This document shows positions 46,745 to 57,041 of a stretch of DNA of 64,000 nt, one piece after another. The notes beneath the pieces were generated by a model. The model saw nothing but the letters and a program-made list of their open reading frames with translations, was not told the DNA's origin and made no database searches. Origin of the DNA: Christensenellaceae bacterium (lineage in GTDB: Bacteria; Bacillota; Clostridia; Christensenellales; Borkfalkiaceae). Within the stretch, counting starts at the first letter, position 1; each line of letters opens with the position of its first letter. A program made the position numbers and the translations under genes. The stretch spans positions 2,085-66,084 of the forward strand of contig JAZSMT010000034.1 of the NCBI GenBank assembly GCA_045536025.1, in the 5' to 3' direction.

Positions 46745-47544
46745 CTTCTCTCCTTTTTATCTGCTTTTTTATTCGATATAACGTATCTTATAACCACGAA
46801 AGCTATCATTACCATAAAAATTATGGTAGACAGCGCGCGAAGCGCGGGAACTGACGACGATTTACCGCCTTTAGCGTACGCGTCAAAAACGTAAGTTGAT
46901 ATAGTTTCGAAGGTAGACGGTTTTGTAAAAGTAGTAATAATATAATCGTCAAGCGACATATTAATTGCGAGTAAAAATCCAGATAAAATACCAGGTAAAA
47001 TCTCTGGGATTATTACCGTAAACAAAGCTTTAGTCGGCGTTGCGCCAAGGTCGAGTGCAGCCTCGTAAAGGTTGTTATCCATCTGCTTAAGCTTGGGCAT
47101 AACGGATAATACGACGAACGGAAAGGTTAAAACTATATGCCCGATTAATAGCGAGGCGTAGCTTCTTCCAAAGGCAAACATAGTGCAAACTAGCGCTATT
47201 GAAATAGCCGTTACGATTTCAGCGTTAATTATAGGTATTTGCGTTGCGCCGTTTAAGATTTTGCGCGTTCTTTGCTTAGAGTAAAACATACCGATTGCGC
47301 CAAGCGTTCCAAGTATAGTAGAAAGCGCGCTAGATACGATTGCAAGAATAAAGGTGTTAAGCACCGTTTGCATAATGTCGGCGTTAGAAAATAATTCTTG
47401 ATAGAGTGAAAAACCCCACTCGCTTGACCAAATACCGATTTCGCGCGACATATTAAAGCTATATGCAACAAGTAGCATAATGGGCGCGTAAAGAATTAAT
47501 ATTATTAAAAAGACGTAACCGCCCGCAAAGAGTTTTTTTACCAT
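46741..47544 (-). CDS. potC: ABC transporter permease (PotC-like)
   Basis: 267 aa; EAA-loop region AALDLGATP. Confidence 0.8.
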   Translation of the reverse strand: MVKKLFAGGYVFLIILILYAPIMLLVAYSFNMSREIGIWSSEWGFSLYQELFSNADIMQTVLNTFILAIVSSALSTILGTLGAIGMFYSKQRTRKILNGATQIPIINAEIVTAISIALVCTMFAFGRSYASLLIGHIVLTFPFVVLSVMPKLKQMDNNLYEAALDLGATPTKALFTVIIPEILPGILSGFLLAINMSLDDYIITTFTKPSTFETISTYVFDAYAKGGKSSSVPALRALSTIIFMVMIAFVVIRYVISNKKADKKERR

Positions 47545-48374
47545 AGCCCGTTCCCCCTTGCTTGACCGTCGTCATCGGTGAATTTGTTAGTTATTGCCAT
47601 AGTTATAAAGATAATTACGAGTAGCACCATAGCAATAGCCGAGCCTGCGTGCCAATCAAACACCGTTGAAAACTGCGATTCTATAACCTTACCTATTATC
47701 GTTACGTTGCCGTTGCCGAGCGTATCGGATACGACGTAGCTCGTGGTAGTGGGAAGAAGCACCATAGTAACCGCCGAAACAATACCGGGAACGGTTAACG
47801 GAAGAGTTATTCTTAAAAATGTGCTAGACGGCTTTGCCCCAAGGTCTTGACTTGCCTCGATTAAACTTTTATCTAGCTTTATCATAACGGTATAAAGTGG
47901 CATTATAACGAAAGGCAAATAGTCGTAAACCATACCTATAACGGTGTTTACGAAACTAAGTTTATTTGAGTTATACATACCTATAGCAAACAAAAGCTCT
48001 TTCATTGCGGCAGTTCTTAAAACGAAGTTTATCCACATAGGCAAAATAAAAAGTAAAAGCAAAACTCCGCTTTTATTAAGCTTAGATTTTGAAAGGATAT
48101 ACGCAAGCGGATAGGCAATTATTAAGCATAGCGCGGTGGTTACGATAGCCAATCCGAAACTTATAAACAATACCCTAATATTCGAACTTTTTGAAAAGAA
48201 CTCTATAAAGTTATCAAGCGTAATTGACACCCTCACGCCCGACAACACAATCGAGCCGTCAGGGTCAACCTTAGTAAAGGCGTATAAAATTATTAATACA
48301 AGGGGAAATACCACGAAAAGTAGAAGGAATAAAAAGTATGGTATCCCTAGCTGTTTTCTTGAAAAGCGGAGCAT
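47538..48374 (-). CDS. potB: ABC transporter permease (PotB-like)
   Basis: 278 aa; EASQDLGAKP. Confidence 0.8.
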   Translation of the reverse strand: MLRFSRKQLGIPYFLFLLLFVVFPLVLIILYAFTKVDPDGSIVLSGVRVSITLDNFIEFFSKSSNIRVLFISFGLAIVTTALCLIIAYPLAYILSKSKLNKSGVLLLLFILPMWINFVLRTAAMKELLFAIGMYNSNKLSFVNTVIGMVYDYLPFVIMPLYTVMIKLDKSLIEASQDLGAKPSSTFLRITLPLTVPGIVSAVTMVLLPTTTSYVVSDTLGNGNVTIIGKVIESQFSTVFDWHAGSAIAMVLLVIIFITMAITNKFTDDDGQARGNGLW

Positions 48375-49876
48375 TATTTTTTATCCTCCGTCTTTAATTT
48401 GAGTTTGATTTTTTCTTTAGGAATTTTCACGGAAACCCTATCGTTTTCGTTCCAAACGTATTCAGTATCGCAAACGAAATCTTCCTCTTCCTCGTCGGTG
48501 CGGATAATAATTTGATAGTGGTCGCCTTTATAAACTATTGAGATAATCGAACCGCAAGCGTCCCCGCCCTCGTCGTTATCGATAATTTCAATATCCTTAA
48601 GACCAACCTCAACCTTAACGTCAACGTCGGTTAAATCTATTTTCTCGCCCTCTTGGGTAATTAAGTAACCGTCTTCGTCAAGAGTAGAATTTTCGTAAAG
48701 CTGAGTAACGTCGCACTCGAACTCGCCGTCTGCAAAGCAAACTTTATTGTCTTTAGTGATATATCCGTCGTAAACGTTGGACACGAATTCCTTGTGCATA
48801 ATGTGAATATCGTCAGGCGCGATTGTAATTGAAACCTTTTCGCCAACTTGATAACCTTTAGTAGACTGAATAACCACTTCGCTTCTTCCTACCATCATAG
48901 TCATTTGGTAGTGAACGCCTTTGAATATACACGAGGATATTACGCCCTTTACCATACCCTTATCTTCGGATACGATTTTAACGTCTTCTGGTCTAACTAC
49001 GACGTCGACTTTTTCGTTAATTTCAAAATCGTCAACGCACTCGAATACTTTATTGATAAACCTAACCTTGTTTTTGCCTACCATCGTACCGCTAAAGATA
49101 TTGCTTTCGCCGATAAAGTCTGCAACGAAAGAGTTAACAGGCTCGTTGTAGATATCTTGCGGAGTTCCTATTTGCTGAATTTTACCGTCTTTCATAACGA
49201 CTACGGTGTCGCTCATAGTAAGAGCTTCCTCTTGGTCGTGAGTAACGTAGATAAAGGTTATACCAAGCTTTTTATGCATTTCTTTAAGCTCAAGTTGCAT
49301 ATCTTTGCGCATTTTAAGGTCAAGCGCGCCAAGAGGCTCGTCAAGCAATAAAATTTCAGGCTCGTTTACGATAGCGCGAGCTATAGCGATACGCTGTTGC
49401 TGACCACCAGATAAAGTCGTTACGCTACGCTTTTCAAACTCTTCAAGGTCAACGATTTTAAGCGCGCGCGAAACCTTATCGTCAATCTCTTTCTTAGAAA
49501 GCTTTTCGATTTTTTCAACCGTTTTACCGTTCTTGTCGGTATAGGTTGCCTTAACCCTTTTAAGCTTTAAGCCGTAAGCTATATTTTCATACACGTTAAG
49601 GTGCGGAAATAAAGCGTAACGCTGAAACACCGTGTTTACTGGGCGCTTGTGCGGAGGAAGATGGGTAATATCTTTACCGTTAAGCATAATGCTACCAGAG
49701 GTAGGAAGCTCAAAGCCTGCAATCATACGTAAAGTAGTAGTTTTACCGCAACCCGAAGGCCCTAAAAAAGTAATAAACTCCCCCTTTCTAACGTAAAGAT
49801 TAACGTCCTCTACCGCTAAAGTGCCGTCGTATTTTTTAGATACGCCTGTGAGTTCAATAATTTTTTGCTTGCTCAT
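48374..49876 (-). CDS. potA: ABC transporter ATPase (PotA-like) with extended C-terminal region
   Basis: GPSGCGKTT, LSGGQQQR and LLLDEP motifs. 500 aa, with about 120 aa beyond the usual TOBE region. Confidence 0.85.
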   Translation of the reverse strand: MSKQKIIELTGVSKKYDGTLAVEDVNLYVRKGEFITFLGPSGCGKTTTLRMIAGFELPTSGSIMLNGKDITHLPPHKRPVNTVFQRYALFPHLNVYENIAYGLKLKRVKATYTDKNGKTVEKIEKLSKKEIDDKVSRALKIVDLEEFEKRSVTTLSGGQQQRIAIARAIVNEPEILLLDEPLGALDLKMRKDMQLELKEMHKKLGITFIYVTHDQEEALTMSDTVVVMKDGKIQQIGTPQDIYNEPVNSFVADFIGESNIFSGTMVGKNKVRFINKVFECVDDFEINEKVDVVVRPEDVKIVSEDKGMVKGVISSCIFKGVHYQMTMMVGRSEVVIQSTKGYQVGEKVSITIAPDDIHIMHKEFVSNVYDGYITKDNKVCFADGEFECDVTQLYENSTLDEDGYLITQEGEKIDLTDVDVKVEVGLKDIEIIDNDEGGDACGSIISIVYKGDHYQIIIRTDEEEEDFVCDTEYVWNENDRVSVKIPKEKIKLKLKTEDKK

Positions 49877-50097
49877 AATCGTTTCTCCATTAGAGTAATT
49901 TTTATAATTTTAATATTGTTTAATGTTTAAGGCTTATTAAGGCGTCTTAATAAACGCCGATAGTAAAGTGCGCTTCAAACGCGATAAAGGCGCGACTTGT
50001 GCCCGAAGTTAAGAGTATACATCTTTACGAGGGCAAAAGACGTGTACTTAGAAGTGTTTCAAGTGCACTTATCGGTGGCTTATCAAGATTGAGCCTT
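49877..50097 (-). promoter_or_regulatory. Structured intergenic leader between the XRE-cupin gene and potA
   Basis: Minus-sense long-range helix CCGAUAAGUGCACUUGAAAC with GUUUGAAGCGCACUU..UAUCGG. Inner 12-bp hairpin whose loop UGCCC can pair with a downstream GGGCA. Confidence 0.4.
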
Positions 50098-50631
50098 TTA
50101 AAAGGTTGGTGGCGAAGATATCCATAAAAACTTCGCGGTTTTTTCTTTAGTGTTTATAATGTAGTGAGATTTTGCCGAGGTAAAATAAAAGCTTTCGCCC
50201 TTTTTGCAAACGTATTTTTTCTTGCCTAGATGAATTACAATCTCGCCGTCTAATACGTAACCGAATTCCTCTCCCTCGTGCGGAACGTCCTCTTCCGTTG
50301 CGCAGTTTTTATTAAGCTCGATAAGCACCGGCTCCATACTGTTTTTTTGCGCGTTGGGAACTAGCCAGTTAAGCATCATCTGCTCGGTCTTTTTCTCGAT
50401 AAAGTCTTGCTCGGAAAAAACTATTTTTTCTTCAACCTCTTCACTAAAAAAATCTTTAAGCGAAGTGCCAAGCGCCGAAAGTATGTCTATAAGCGTTGTT
50501 ATCGACGGGCTTGTTAAATCGTTTTCAAGCTGGGATATATAGCCTTTAGATAATTCACACCTGTTGGCAAGTTCTTCCTGCGTTAAATCGCATTGAAGCC
50601 TTAACTCTTTAATTTTATCGCCTATTATCAT
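50098..50631 (-). CDS. XRE-family HTH plus cupin domain transcriptional regulator
   Basis: 177 aa; N-terminal LTQEELANRCELSKGYISQLEN; C-terminal cupin (GEEFGYVLDGE). Confidence 0.8.
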   Translation of the reverse strand: MIIGDKIKELRLQCDLTQEELANRCELSKGYISQLENDLTSPSITTLIDILSALGTSLKDFFSEEVEEKIVFSEQDFIEKKTEQMMLNWLVPNAQKNSMEPVLIELNKNCATEEDVPHEGEEFGYVLDGEIVIHLGKKKYVCKKGESFYFTSAKSHYIINTKEKTAKFLWISSPPTF

Positions 50632-50746
50632 TTTTTACACCGTTTATATATCGTAAACTTTTTGTTTAGCAAAACTAAACAAGCATATTATATAAACGCT
50701 ACGCATTATTGTCAATAAAAATAAAGCAGTTTTACAAAATTTTGTC

Positions 50747-50783
50747 GAAAAAATAAAGTAGCGTGGGCAAATCACCCACGCTA
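50747..50783 (-). terminator. Intrinsic terminator after the GH2 gene
   Basis: 9-bp stem TAGCGTGGG/CCCACGCTA; U-rich tract on the minus strand. Confidence 0.7.
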
Positions 50784-50787
50784 TCTG

Positions 50788-52518
50788 TTAATTATTAAAT
50801 TTTTCATCAAAAGTTTTATAGATTTTTTCGTTTAACTCAGTTAAAAAGTCTTTGTTTAGCTTTAGCTCTCTATCAAAGGTTAAAATGCCGTTAACCTCGT
50901 CCTCTACGTCTGTAAGTTCGGTGTAAACGGTTGCGCATAAACCCTCCTTTTCAATGAGAGGAATAATCTCGTTTATATAAAGATTTTCATACGCTTTTTG
51001 CAAATCGTCTTGCTTTTTAAAGAATTTATATCCAAACTTTTTATCCGAAAAAACGTGCCCCTCAAGCTGTAAGCTATAACCGCCGAACTCGGTGAGCGCA
51101 AGCACCCTTTTACCATCGTTTTTCATTCGCGCCTTTCTAAAATAGATGTGTTTACTGTTAAAGTCGCCACCGCCCTTGTCTTGCCAACCGCTAGCGTGGT
51201 CGTAAAGCCTAGTATTATCCCTCTTTTTTAACTCCTCCGTAACCTTAACGGCGTCAAATTGCCCCCACGCCTCGTTAAACGGGGTGTATACGCAAAGAGA
51301 TACTACGTTTTGTAAAGTTTCTTGCAAAAGATACGCCTCTTTATAATATTGCTCGCGCGACTTTTCACTTCTACCCATTGACTTATAGTTGTTGTCGTTA
51401 AGATTAAGATTTATAAACGGCGCAAGCATAATGCGGTGCGCTTTGTATTTTTTACCGCCGTTTATCATATCCTGCCAAACTAGCACGCCTAACACGTCGC
51501 AGTAATAATACCATAGTAACGGCTCTACCTTTATGTGCTTTCTAAGCATATTGTAGCCGAGAGTTTTCGCGGTTAAAACGTCCTCATACATACGCTCGTT
51601 GCTCTCTGGAGTGTAAAGCCCTTTGTGATAATAACCTTGGTCAAGTAGCCCGTTATTAAATATAGGCTTATCATTAAGTGCAAATAGTTTATAACCGCCC
51701 TTTTTTATTACCGAAAACTTTCTAAGCCCAAAATAACTTTCAACTAAATCTCTACCGTAGCTTATATATACTGCGTATAATTCTGGATTTTCAAGCGTCC
51801 ACGGTTTTAAAGAGGATACGTCAAGCGTTAGCTCGTTACCGCCACTAGCCGTTGAAATAACCCTTTCGCCGTCTTTTATCTCTACTTTAATTTGTTGGTT
51901 GCCACCAACGGTATCAACGGCTACTTTTAGTTTTTTATTATCGTAGTCGGGCGTGAGTTTTATCGAGCGAATATAATCGTTTGGAACGCTTTCTAAAAAC
52001 ACCGTTTGCCAAATACCGCTAGTTGCCGTATACCAAATACCACCGCGCTTATATTTTTGCTTACCGCGACCATAAACGTCACTATCCGCATCGTCAAACA
52101 CTACTACTTTTAAAGTGTTTTCACCATCTTTTAAAGCGGTGGTTATTTCAAAGGTAAAGGGAAGATATCCCCCCTCGTTTTCGCCCACCATTATACCGTT
52201 TACGTAAACGGTGGTAATTTGGTCACACGCGCCGAAATTTAGTAGCACGCGCCCCTCGTTAAAATCGTTAGGCAAGATAAAAGACCTTTCGTAAATAAGC
52301 GTTTCAGTCTTTTTAAGCTGGTATAAAACGCCCGATAGGTCGCTTTCTGGCGAATACGGCACGTTTATTTTGCCTTGAGATTTAATAACCTCTCCCTCTT
52401 TTATAGTATAATTCCAAAACCCGTTTAAACACAAATAGCTACTGCGCTTAAACTGTGGGCGAGGATATTCTGAAAGGGGAATTTTACTATTTTTTTCAAA
52501 TTGAACGTCAAATATCAT
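50788..52518 (-). CDS. Glycoside hydrolase family 2-like protein
   Basis: 576 aa; N-terminal sugar-binding-like domain and a TIM-barrel region with NEAWGQ. Confidence 0.55.
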   Translation of the reverse strand: MIFDVQFEKNSKIPLSEYPRPQFKRSSYLCLNGFWNYTIKEGEVIKSQGKINVPYSPESDLSGVLYQLKKTETLIYERSFILPNDFNEGRVLLNFGACDQITTVYVNGIMVGENEGGYLPFTFEITTALKDGENTLKVVVFDDADSDVYGRGKQKYKRGGIWYTATSGIWQTVFLESVPNDYIRSIKLTPDYDNKKLKVAVDTVGGNQQIKVEIKDGERVISTASGGNELTLDVSSLKPWTLENPELYAVYISYGRDLVESYFGLRKFSVIKKGGYKLFALNDKPIFNNGLLDQGYYHKGLYTPESNERMYEDVLTAKTLGYNMLRKHIKVEPLLWYYYCDVLGVLVWQDMINGGKKYKAHRIMLAPFINLNLNDNNYKSMGRSEKSREQYYKEAYLLQETLQNVVSLCVYTPFNEAWGQFDAVKVTEELKKRDNTRLYDHASGWQDKGGGDFNSKHIYFRKARMKNDGKRVLALTEFGGYSLQLEGHVFSDKKFGYKFFKKQDDLQKAYENLYINEIIPLIEKEGLCATVYTELTDVEDEVNGILTFDRELKLNKDFLTELNEKIYKTFDEKFNN

Positions 52519-52551
52519 AGATATTATTATATATGTAAAAAGTCGTTTTGT

Positions 52552-52593
52552 AAAGAATAAAAAAGAACGGTGCTCCGTCCTTTTTTATTCTTT
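52552..52593. terminator. AT-rich bidirectional hairpin
   Basis: AAAGAATAAAAAAG...CTTTTTTATTCTTT. Confidence 0.55.
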
Positions 52594-52622
52594 AACGCTT
52601 TATTCAATAAATATTATACAGT

Positions 52623-53252
52623 TTACTCTTTATATAGTTGAGTGTATTCAAAGTCAGGGTCTACGCCTATACTTTTTAAAACCTCTGCTTTCTTTTCAAG
52701 AACGCTTTGCTCAAGCGCGTCGAAATAATTATTGCCTTTAGTGTCTATATCTACGATAAACGGACCTAGATTATCTACTTTAAAAAACCAGCTTGCCTCA
52801 ATTCGACCAAGCTCGTCGTACAAGTAAACGTCTTGAACTTCGATAGAGTCAATCCACAAGTTAGGGCTTACCGATTGAGGAGATACGTGAACGCACTTTT
52901 TCTCTTTCATCATATCCATCGTCTTTTTACCCATAGTGGTTTTGCCTACTATCATTTTAAGATTCCACTCGTCAACGCTTTTTGCCCCCCACTTTTCAAA
53001 TCTTATTGATGAAGTTGGCATAAACGACATAAGCTTCCACTTACCGTTTTCTTTAACGACGATAGGTCCGTTGTGAATAAGTACGTTTCTATTCTCAGTT
53101 GAAAAGGGTAGTTTATTCCCCTCGTCGAAGATATATTTTTGCAGTCTTGAACGGCAGGTAAATACCTCGCCCGTTATGTAAACAACGTCGCCAACGTTAA
53201 GCTTTTCAACGTCTTTATCGGTTAGGGGTAACTTTAAATTATATTGTGCCAT
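52623..53252 (-). CDS. Fe-S hydro-lyase, tartrate/fumarate type, beta subunit
   Basis: 209 aa containing LNVGDVVYITGEVFTCRSRL; partner gene upstream. Confidence 0.6.
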   Translation of the reverse strand: MAQYNLKLPLTDKDVEKLNVGDVVYITGEVFTCRSRLQKYIFDEGNKLPFSTENRNVLIHNGPIVVKENGKWKLMSFMPTSSIRFEKWGAKSVDEWNLKMIVGKTTMGKKTMDMMKEKKCVHVSPQSVSPNLWIDSIEVQDVYLYDELGRIEASWFFKVDNLGPFIVDIDTKGNNYFDALEQSVLEKKAEVLKSIGVDPDFEYTQLYKE

Positions 53253-53254
53253 AA

Positions 53255-54175
53255 TTATCTCCTTTCATCAAACCACGAAGGGCTTTCAAGCGGAATAATT
53301 TCACCGCCGTCTTTAATAAGAGTGCTTGCGCGCCTTGCTACCATACAGTTACTGCTAGTTGCAACGCATATACCTGCTATATGAGTGTAAGCGTATTCTA
53401 CGTTTACGGCTAAAACCGAGGTGTCGCCACCAGCGCCCATTATACCTATACCGAGGTCGTTAAGTGCCTTATAGAGGTCTTTTTCAATATCGTTAAAGGC
53501 TTTTTCGGGGTGAGAAGAGCCAACCGTTCTTAAGCACGCCGCCTCTTTTGCAAGGTTAGCCGCAACGTTAGCCGTTCCACCTATACCTACGCCTAATACC
53601 GACGGAGGGCATATAGCACCCGCTCTCGTAGAGGCGATAAAACAGTCAACTATAAACTTTTTAATACCCTCAACGCCGTCTGCAAAGGCAATAACTTTAT
53701 GCCTCGTTCCACCAAAGCACTCGCTACCGCCACCTTTTGCTACGTAGATAACCTCTATATCTTTACCGTCGACAAACTTATAGGTAAAGTCGGGAATATT
53801 AACGCCGACGTTGTTTCCAGGGTCGTAACCCGTCAATGGGTGTTTCATAGTAGCGCGGATATAACCTTTTTCGGTAGCTTTGGCAACTGCTCGCCTCGTG
53901 GCGTTTTCAAGCTCTTTAAATCCGCCCTCAAGCTCGCAGTCGTTACCAACCTTAAAATAGAATATCGGCCAACCAGTATCAACACATAAGGGATTTTCGC
54001 GTTTTTTAGACATTTCCATACTTTCAAGCGTAGCGATAAGCCCTCTTTTAGCGTCCTCTTTAGTTTCCTTTTCAATCGCCTTTTCAAAAGCCTTTTTAAC
54101 GTCCTTTGAAATTTCGGTAGCACCACGCTTAATGGTTTCAAATATAACCTGCTCGTAAACTTCAGTTTTTATCAT
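53255..54175 (-). CDS. Fe-S hydro-lyase, tartrate/fumarate type, alpha subunit
   Basis: 306 aa; NPLCVDTG and other class I fumarase N-domain-like motifs. Confidence 0.6.
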   Translation of the reverse strand: MIKTEVYEQVIFETIKRGATEISKDVKKAFEKAIEKETKEDAKRGLIATLESMEMSKKRENPLCVDTGWPIFYFKVGNDCELEGGFKELENATRRAVAKATEKGYIRATMKHPLTGYDPGNNVGVNIPDFTYKFVDGKDIEVIYVAKGGGSECFGGTRHKVIAFADGVEGIKKFIVDCFIASTRAGAICPPSVLGVGIGGTANVAANLAKEAACLRTVGSSHPEKAFNDIEKDLYKALNDLGIGIMGAGGDTSVLAVNVEYAYTHIAGICVATSSNCMVARRASTLIKDGGEIIPLESPSWFDERR

Positions 54176-54327
54176 AATTCTTTCTCTCCTAACCTATCGG
54201 CGTCTACGCCGTACATATTGTCAAGAACGAACTCTGCGCGTTCGCTCCTATCTTAACTATCTTAAAAGCGTCCATTTTTACGCTTTAAACTTATTATATA
54301 ATCTTTATCAGCGTACGTTTTATTTCC

Positions 54328-54627
54328 TTATATCTCAATTAAAGATAATGGAACGTGTTGTTGGCAACCGTAGATATCGTCGTCGTTAAGACTTCCGCTA
54401 ATATTTTTCCTTGGGAAAGTTATTTTAATAGAATTTACGACCTCGTATTTTATAATAGATACGTCTTTTTCATCAACGCCGTATGCTTTAGAAACCATTT
54501 CTTTCGATAAATTATTGATAACGTATTCCATTTTTTCACTGCAATCAAACATCAAGTCAAACGTGATAAAAAGTGGCCCTGCGTTTTTGCTTCTTAAAAT
54601 CTTAGTGTAATCTATAAGCTTTTTCAT
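54328..54627 (-). CDS. Small DUF4387-like protein
   Basis: 99 aa immediately downstream of the DUF1446-like gene (1-nt gap), matching the split AtuA-type architecture. Confidence 0.4.
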   Translation of the reverse strand: MKKLIDYTKILRSKNAGPLFITFDLMFDCSEKMEYVINNLSKEMVSKAYGVDEKDVSIIKYEVVNSIKITFPRKNISGSLNDDDIYGCQQHVPLSLIEI

Positions 54628-54628
54628 A

Positions 54629-55942
54629 TCATACCCTCTCTTCGGTTGTTTTAGAAGTTTCTAACAAATCGTCAACCTCAACGAGATGGAAAACTGAAAA
54701 CTCGTACACCTCGCCAACGTGGATATCCGACGGCGAAAAGGGAAATGCAAGGTTGCCAGCTGAAGACTTTCTACCCTCGTAATCGCAATGAAGCATACGG
54801 CTTCTAGCTAACGCGCAAACGGTATCGGCAATATCTTGCGTTTTTGCAACTACGTCGATAATTATCGAAAGCGAGCTCTCTCTACCGCCTGCAGTCTTGT
54901 AATTTATTGAATAATCGTTTTGGTCGATTTTTCCACTTAGGTTATCTTTAACAAAATTATTAACAGTGTTTGTTATAAAATCAAGATTATCAATCGTTAT
55001 CGGGTCGTTAATAACTGCGGGAGAAACCGTCCTATAGCCCGATATTTTAACACCTTCAAGCTTTAAGGTCTTTTGCTTTGCCGGCGTGAATTTCGAACGG
55101 CTTACCCTCACGGTTCTTTCGTCTATTTGAACGTAACTACTGTCGTGAAGGTCAACTACTCCGTCCGGCTCGAAAATTAAATATGGGTTTGATTGCTCAT
55201 ACAAGGTGTGTGCCGCAACCCTTTCAACCGTACATCTTCTCTTTTTATTTGCAGGGCGAAGTTCAAAATAATCTTTTTCTACGTACGCTTGCATAACGTC
55301 CGCCGCGGCAACGGGCTCAGAGCACATCGCACCGCACTCCATAATCTTTGCCATATGAAAGGCTAAGCCTTCGTCGTAACCGTTTAGAAGTAACGGAGCT
55401 GCGTAAATTGCCGTATCGCACGCGCGACCACAAATTATAACGTCAACTTTTTTATTTAAAAGTTCTATAATAGGCGCAACGCCTATTTGACTTACTATAG
55501 TAGTGCTTTTTTCAATTTCTTCATTTATAAGTGGAAATTTATCACTTAAATTTATAACTTTACCTTGCTTAAGTTTTTCCCTAACGTATTCTTTAGTAAC
55601 GTCGGAATAAACCGTTCCAAGTGAAAAGTGAAGATTTTCTTCACTAGCAATCTCGTAAATGATATCTTTAAGCCATTTAACGTGCCTATCACTACCTGCA
55701 CCACCTGCCGTTCCTATAATAAAAGGCGTTTTATTTTTGATTGCAAGAGGAAGCGCAAGCGCCAAATCTCTTTTAACGGCGTTTCTATCGGTAAAAGATT
55801 TACCACTACCTAAATAATACGGGCCGGGGTCGGTTGAGCCAGCGTCTACACCTAAATAATCAACCTTTTCTTCAAAGGCGTTAATTAGCGACTGTTTGTC
55901 GTAACCGTATCCTAAAAGACCACATAAAGCAACTATCTTCAT
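54629..55942 (-). CDS. DUF1446 (AtuA-like) family protein
   Basis: 437 aa; assignment by remembered architecture only. Confidence 0.4.
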   Translation of the reverse strand: MKIVALCGLLGYGYDKQSLINAFEEKVDYLGVDAGSTDPGPYYLGSGKSFTDRNAVKRDLALALPLAIKNKTPFIIGTAGGAGSDRHVKWLKDIIYEIASEENLHFSLGTVYSDVTKEYVREKLKQGKVINLSDKFPLINEEIEKSTTIVSQIGVAPIIELLNKKVDVIICGRACDTAIYAAPLLLNGYDEGLAFHMAKIMECGAMCSEPVAAADVMQAYVEKDYFELRPANKKRRCTVERVAAHTLYEQSNPYLIFEPDGVVDLHDSSYVQIDERTVRVSRSKFTPAKQKTLKLEGVKISGYRTVSPAVINDPITIDNLDFITNTVNNFVKDNLSGKIDQNDYSINYKTAGGRESSLSIIIDVVAKTQDIADTVCALARSRMLHCDYEGRKSSAGNLAFPFSPSDIHVGEVYEFSVFHLVEVDDLLETSKTTEERV

Positions 55943-56044
55943 AATTTCCTCCTTTTTTACATTATAGCACTTAAATTTACGGCTTATATTGCATTTTGTC
56001 TTTGTTGTATTGCATTAATTCCGTTTTTGTGTTAAACTAGTTTT

Positions 56045-56899
56045 ATGAACGTTAAAAATTTTGTTTTATCCTATTACAAAAATGCATCTCCTAATATGCA
56101 CGTACATAAAGTGCATAATTCTTTAGAGGCGCAAAATCCCCACACGCACGACTATTTTCAGATTTACTACGTTACGCGCGGTAGCGTGGCGCACTTTACC
56201 GAAAACGGCTCGACAATACTTCTTAAGGGGGATATGTTTATCATGCCACCTAAGTGTATGCACTATATAAACCAGTCTAAAGATTCGGAGTTTTTCTCTT
56301 TTTCTTTTTCCCCTGATGGAATTAATAGAATAAACAACGAAAACAAGCTGGCTATAGAATTTTTGTCAATGTTACAGAGTAACGGTGCACCGCTTAACAA
56401 AGTGGTTTTAACCCAAGAAGAGGCTAACTTTGTAGAAAACGTCTTAAACCAAACGCTTTACGAGTTTGAAAAAAAGGCGGTTGCCTACGAAGAGATTATA
56501 AAATGCTACTTAACCGTTCTTTTAACGGTTTTTGCCCGCAAGCACCTAGAGGGCGCTATGCCTGAAATGAAGGTGTCTAATCAAAACCGCGAGCAAATAA
56601 AGTACTGCATCGACTATATAACTAAAAATTATTTCGAGGACTTTTCTTTGAGCGAAATATCGCATCACTCAGCTCTAAGTAAAAGCGTGTTTTGCAAGGC
56701 TTTTAAAGAGCAATCTGGCTATACCTTTAACGAATTTATCAACCGCGCACGCATAAACTCGGCTAAAAATTATATACGACAAGGCTATAAAATTACCGCC
56801 GTTTACAGCGCTTGCGGATACAAAGACTTTTCTACCTTTTATAGAAATTTCAAAAAAATAGTAGGCGTATCGCCCGAAGAATATAAAAACGGAATATAA
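56045..56899 (+). CDS. AraC-family transcriptional regulator (cupin plus HTH)
   Basis: 284 aa; C-terminal double HTH (LSEISHHSALSKSVFCKAFK...). Confidence 0.8.
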   Translation: MNVKNFVLSYYKNASPNMHVHKVHNSLEAQNPHTHDYFQIYYVTRGSVAHFTENGSTILLKGDMFIMPPKCMHYINQSKDSEFFSFSFSPDGINRINNENKLAIEFLSMLQSNGAPLNKVVLTQEEANFVENVLNQTLYEFEKKAVAYEEIIKCYLTVLLTVFARKHLEGAMPEMKVSNQNREQIKYCIDYITKNYFEDFSLSEISHHSALSKSVFCKAFKEQSGYTFNEFINRARINSAKNYIRQGYKITAVYSACGYKDFSTFYRNFKKIVGVSPEEYKNGI

Positions 56900-57041
56900 A
56901 ATAGTAAAAATTGTTAAGTTTTTAGCACTATTTTTTTAGTGTGGAGTTCGGCGATTTTTCTTGCTATATTTTAACGCTTTTAGGGTACTTTTTCGTTGCT
57001 TTTCTATTGCATTTATTTTATTTATGTGATAAAATAAGTCT

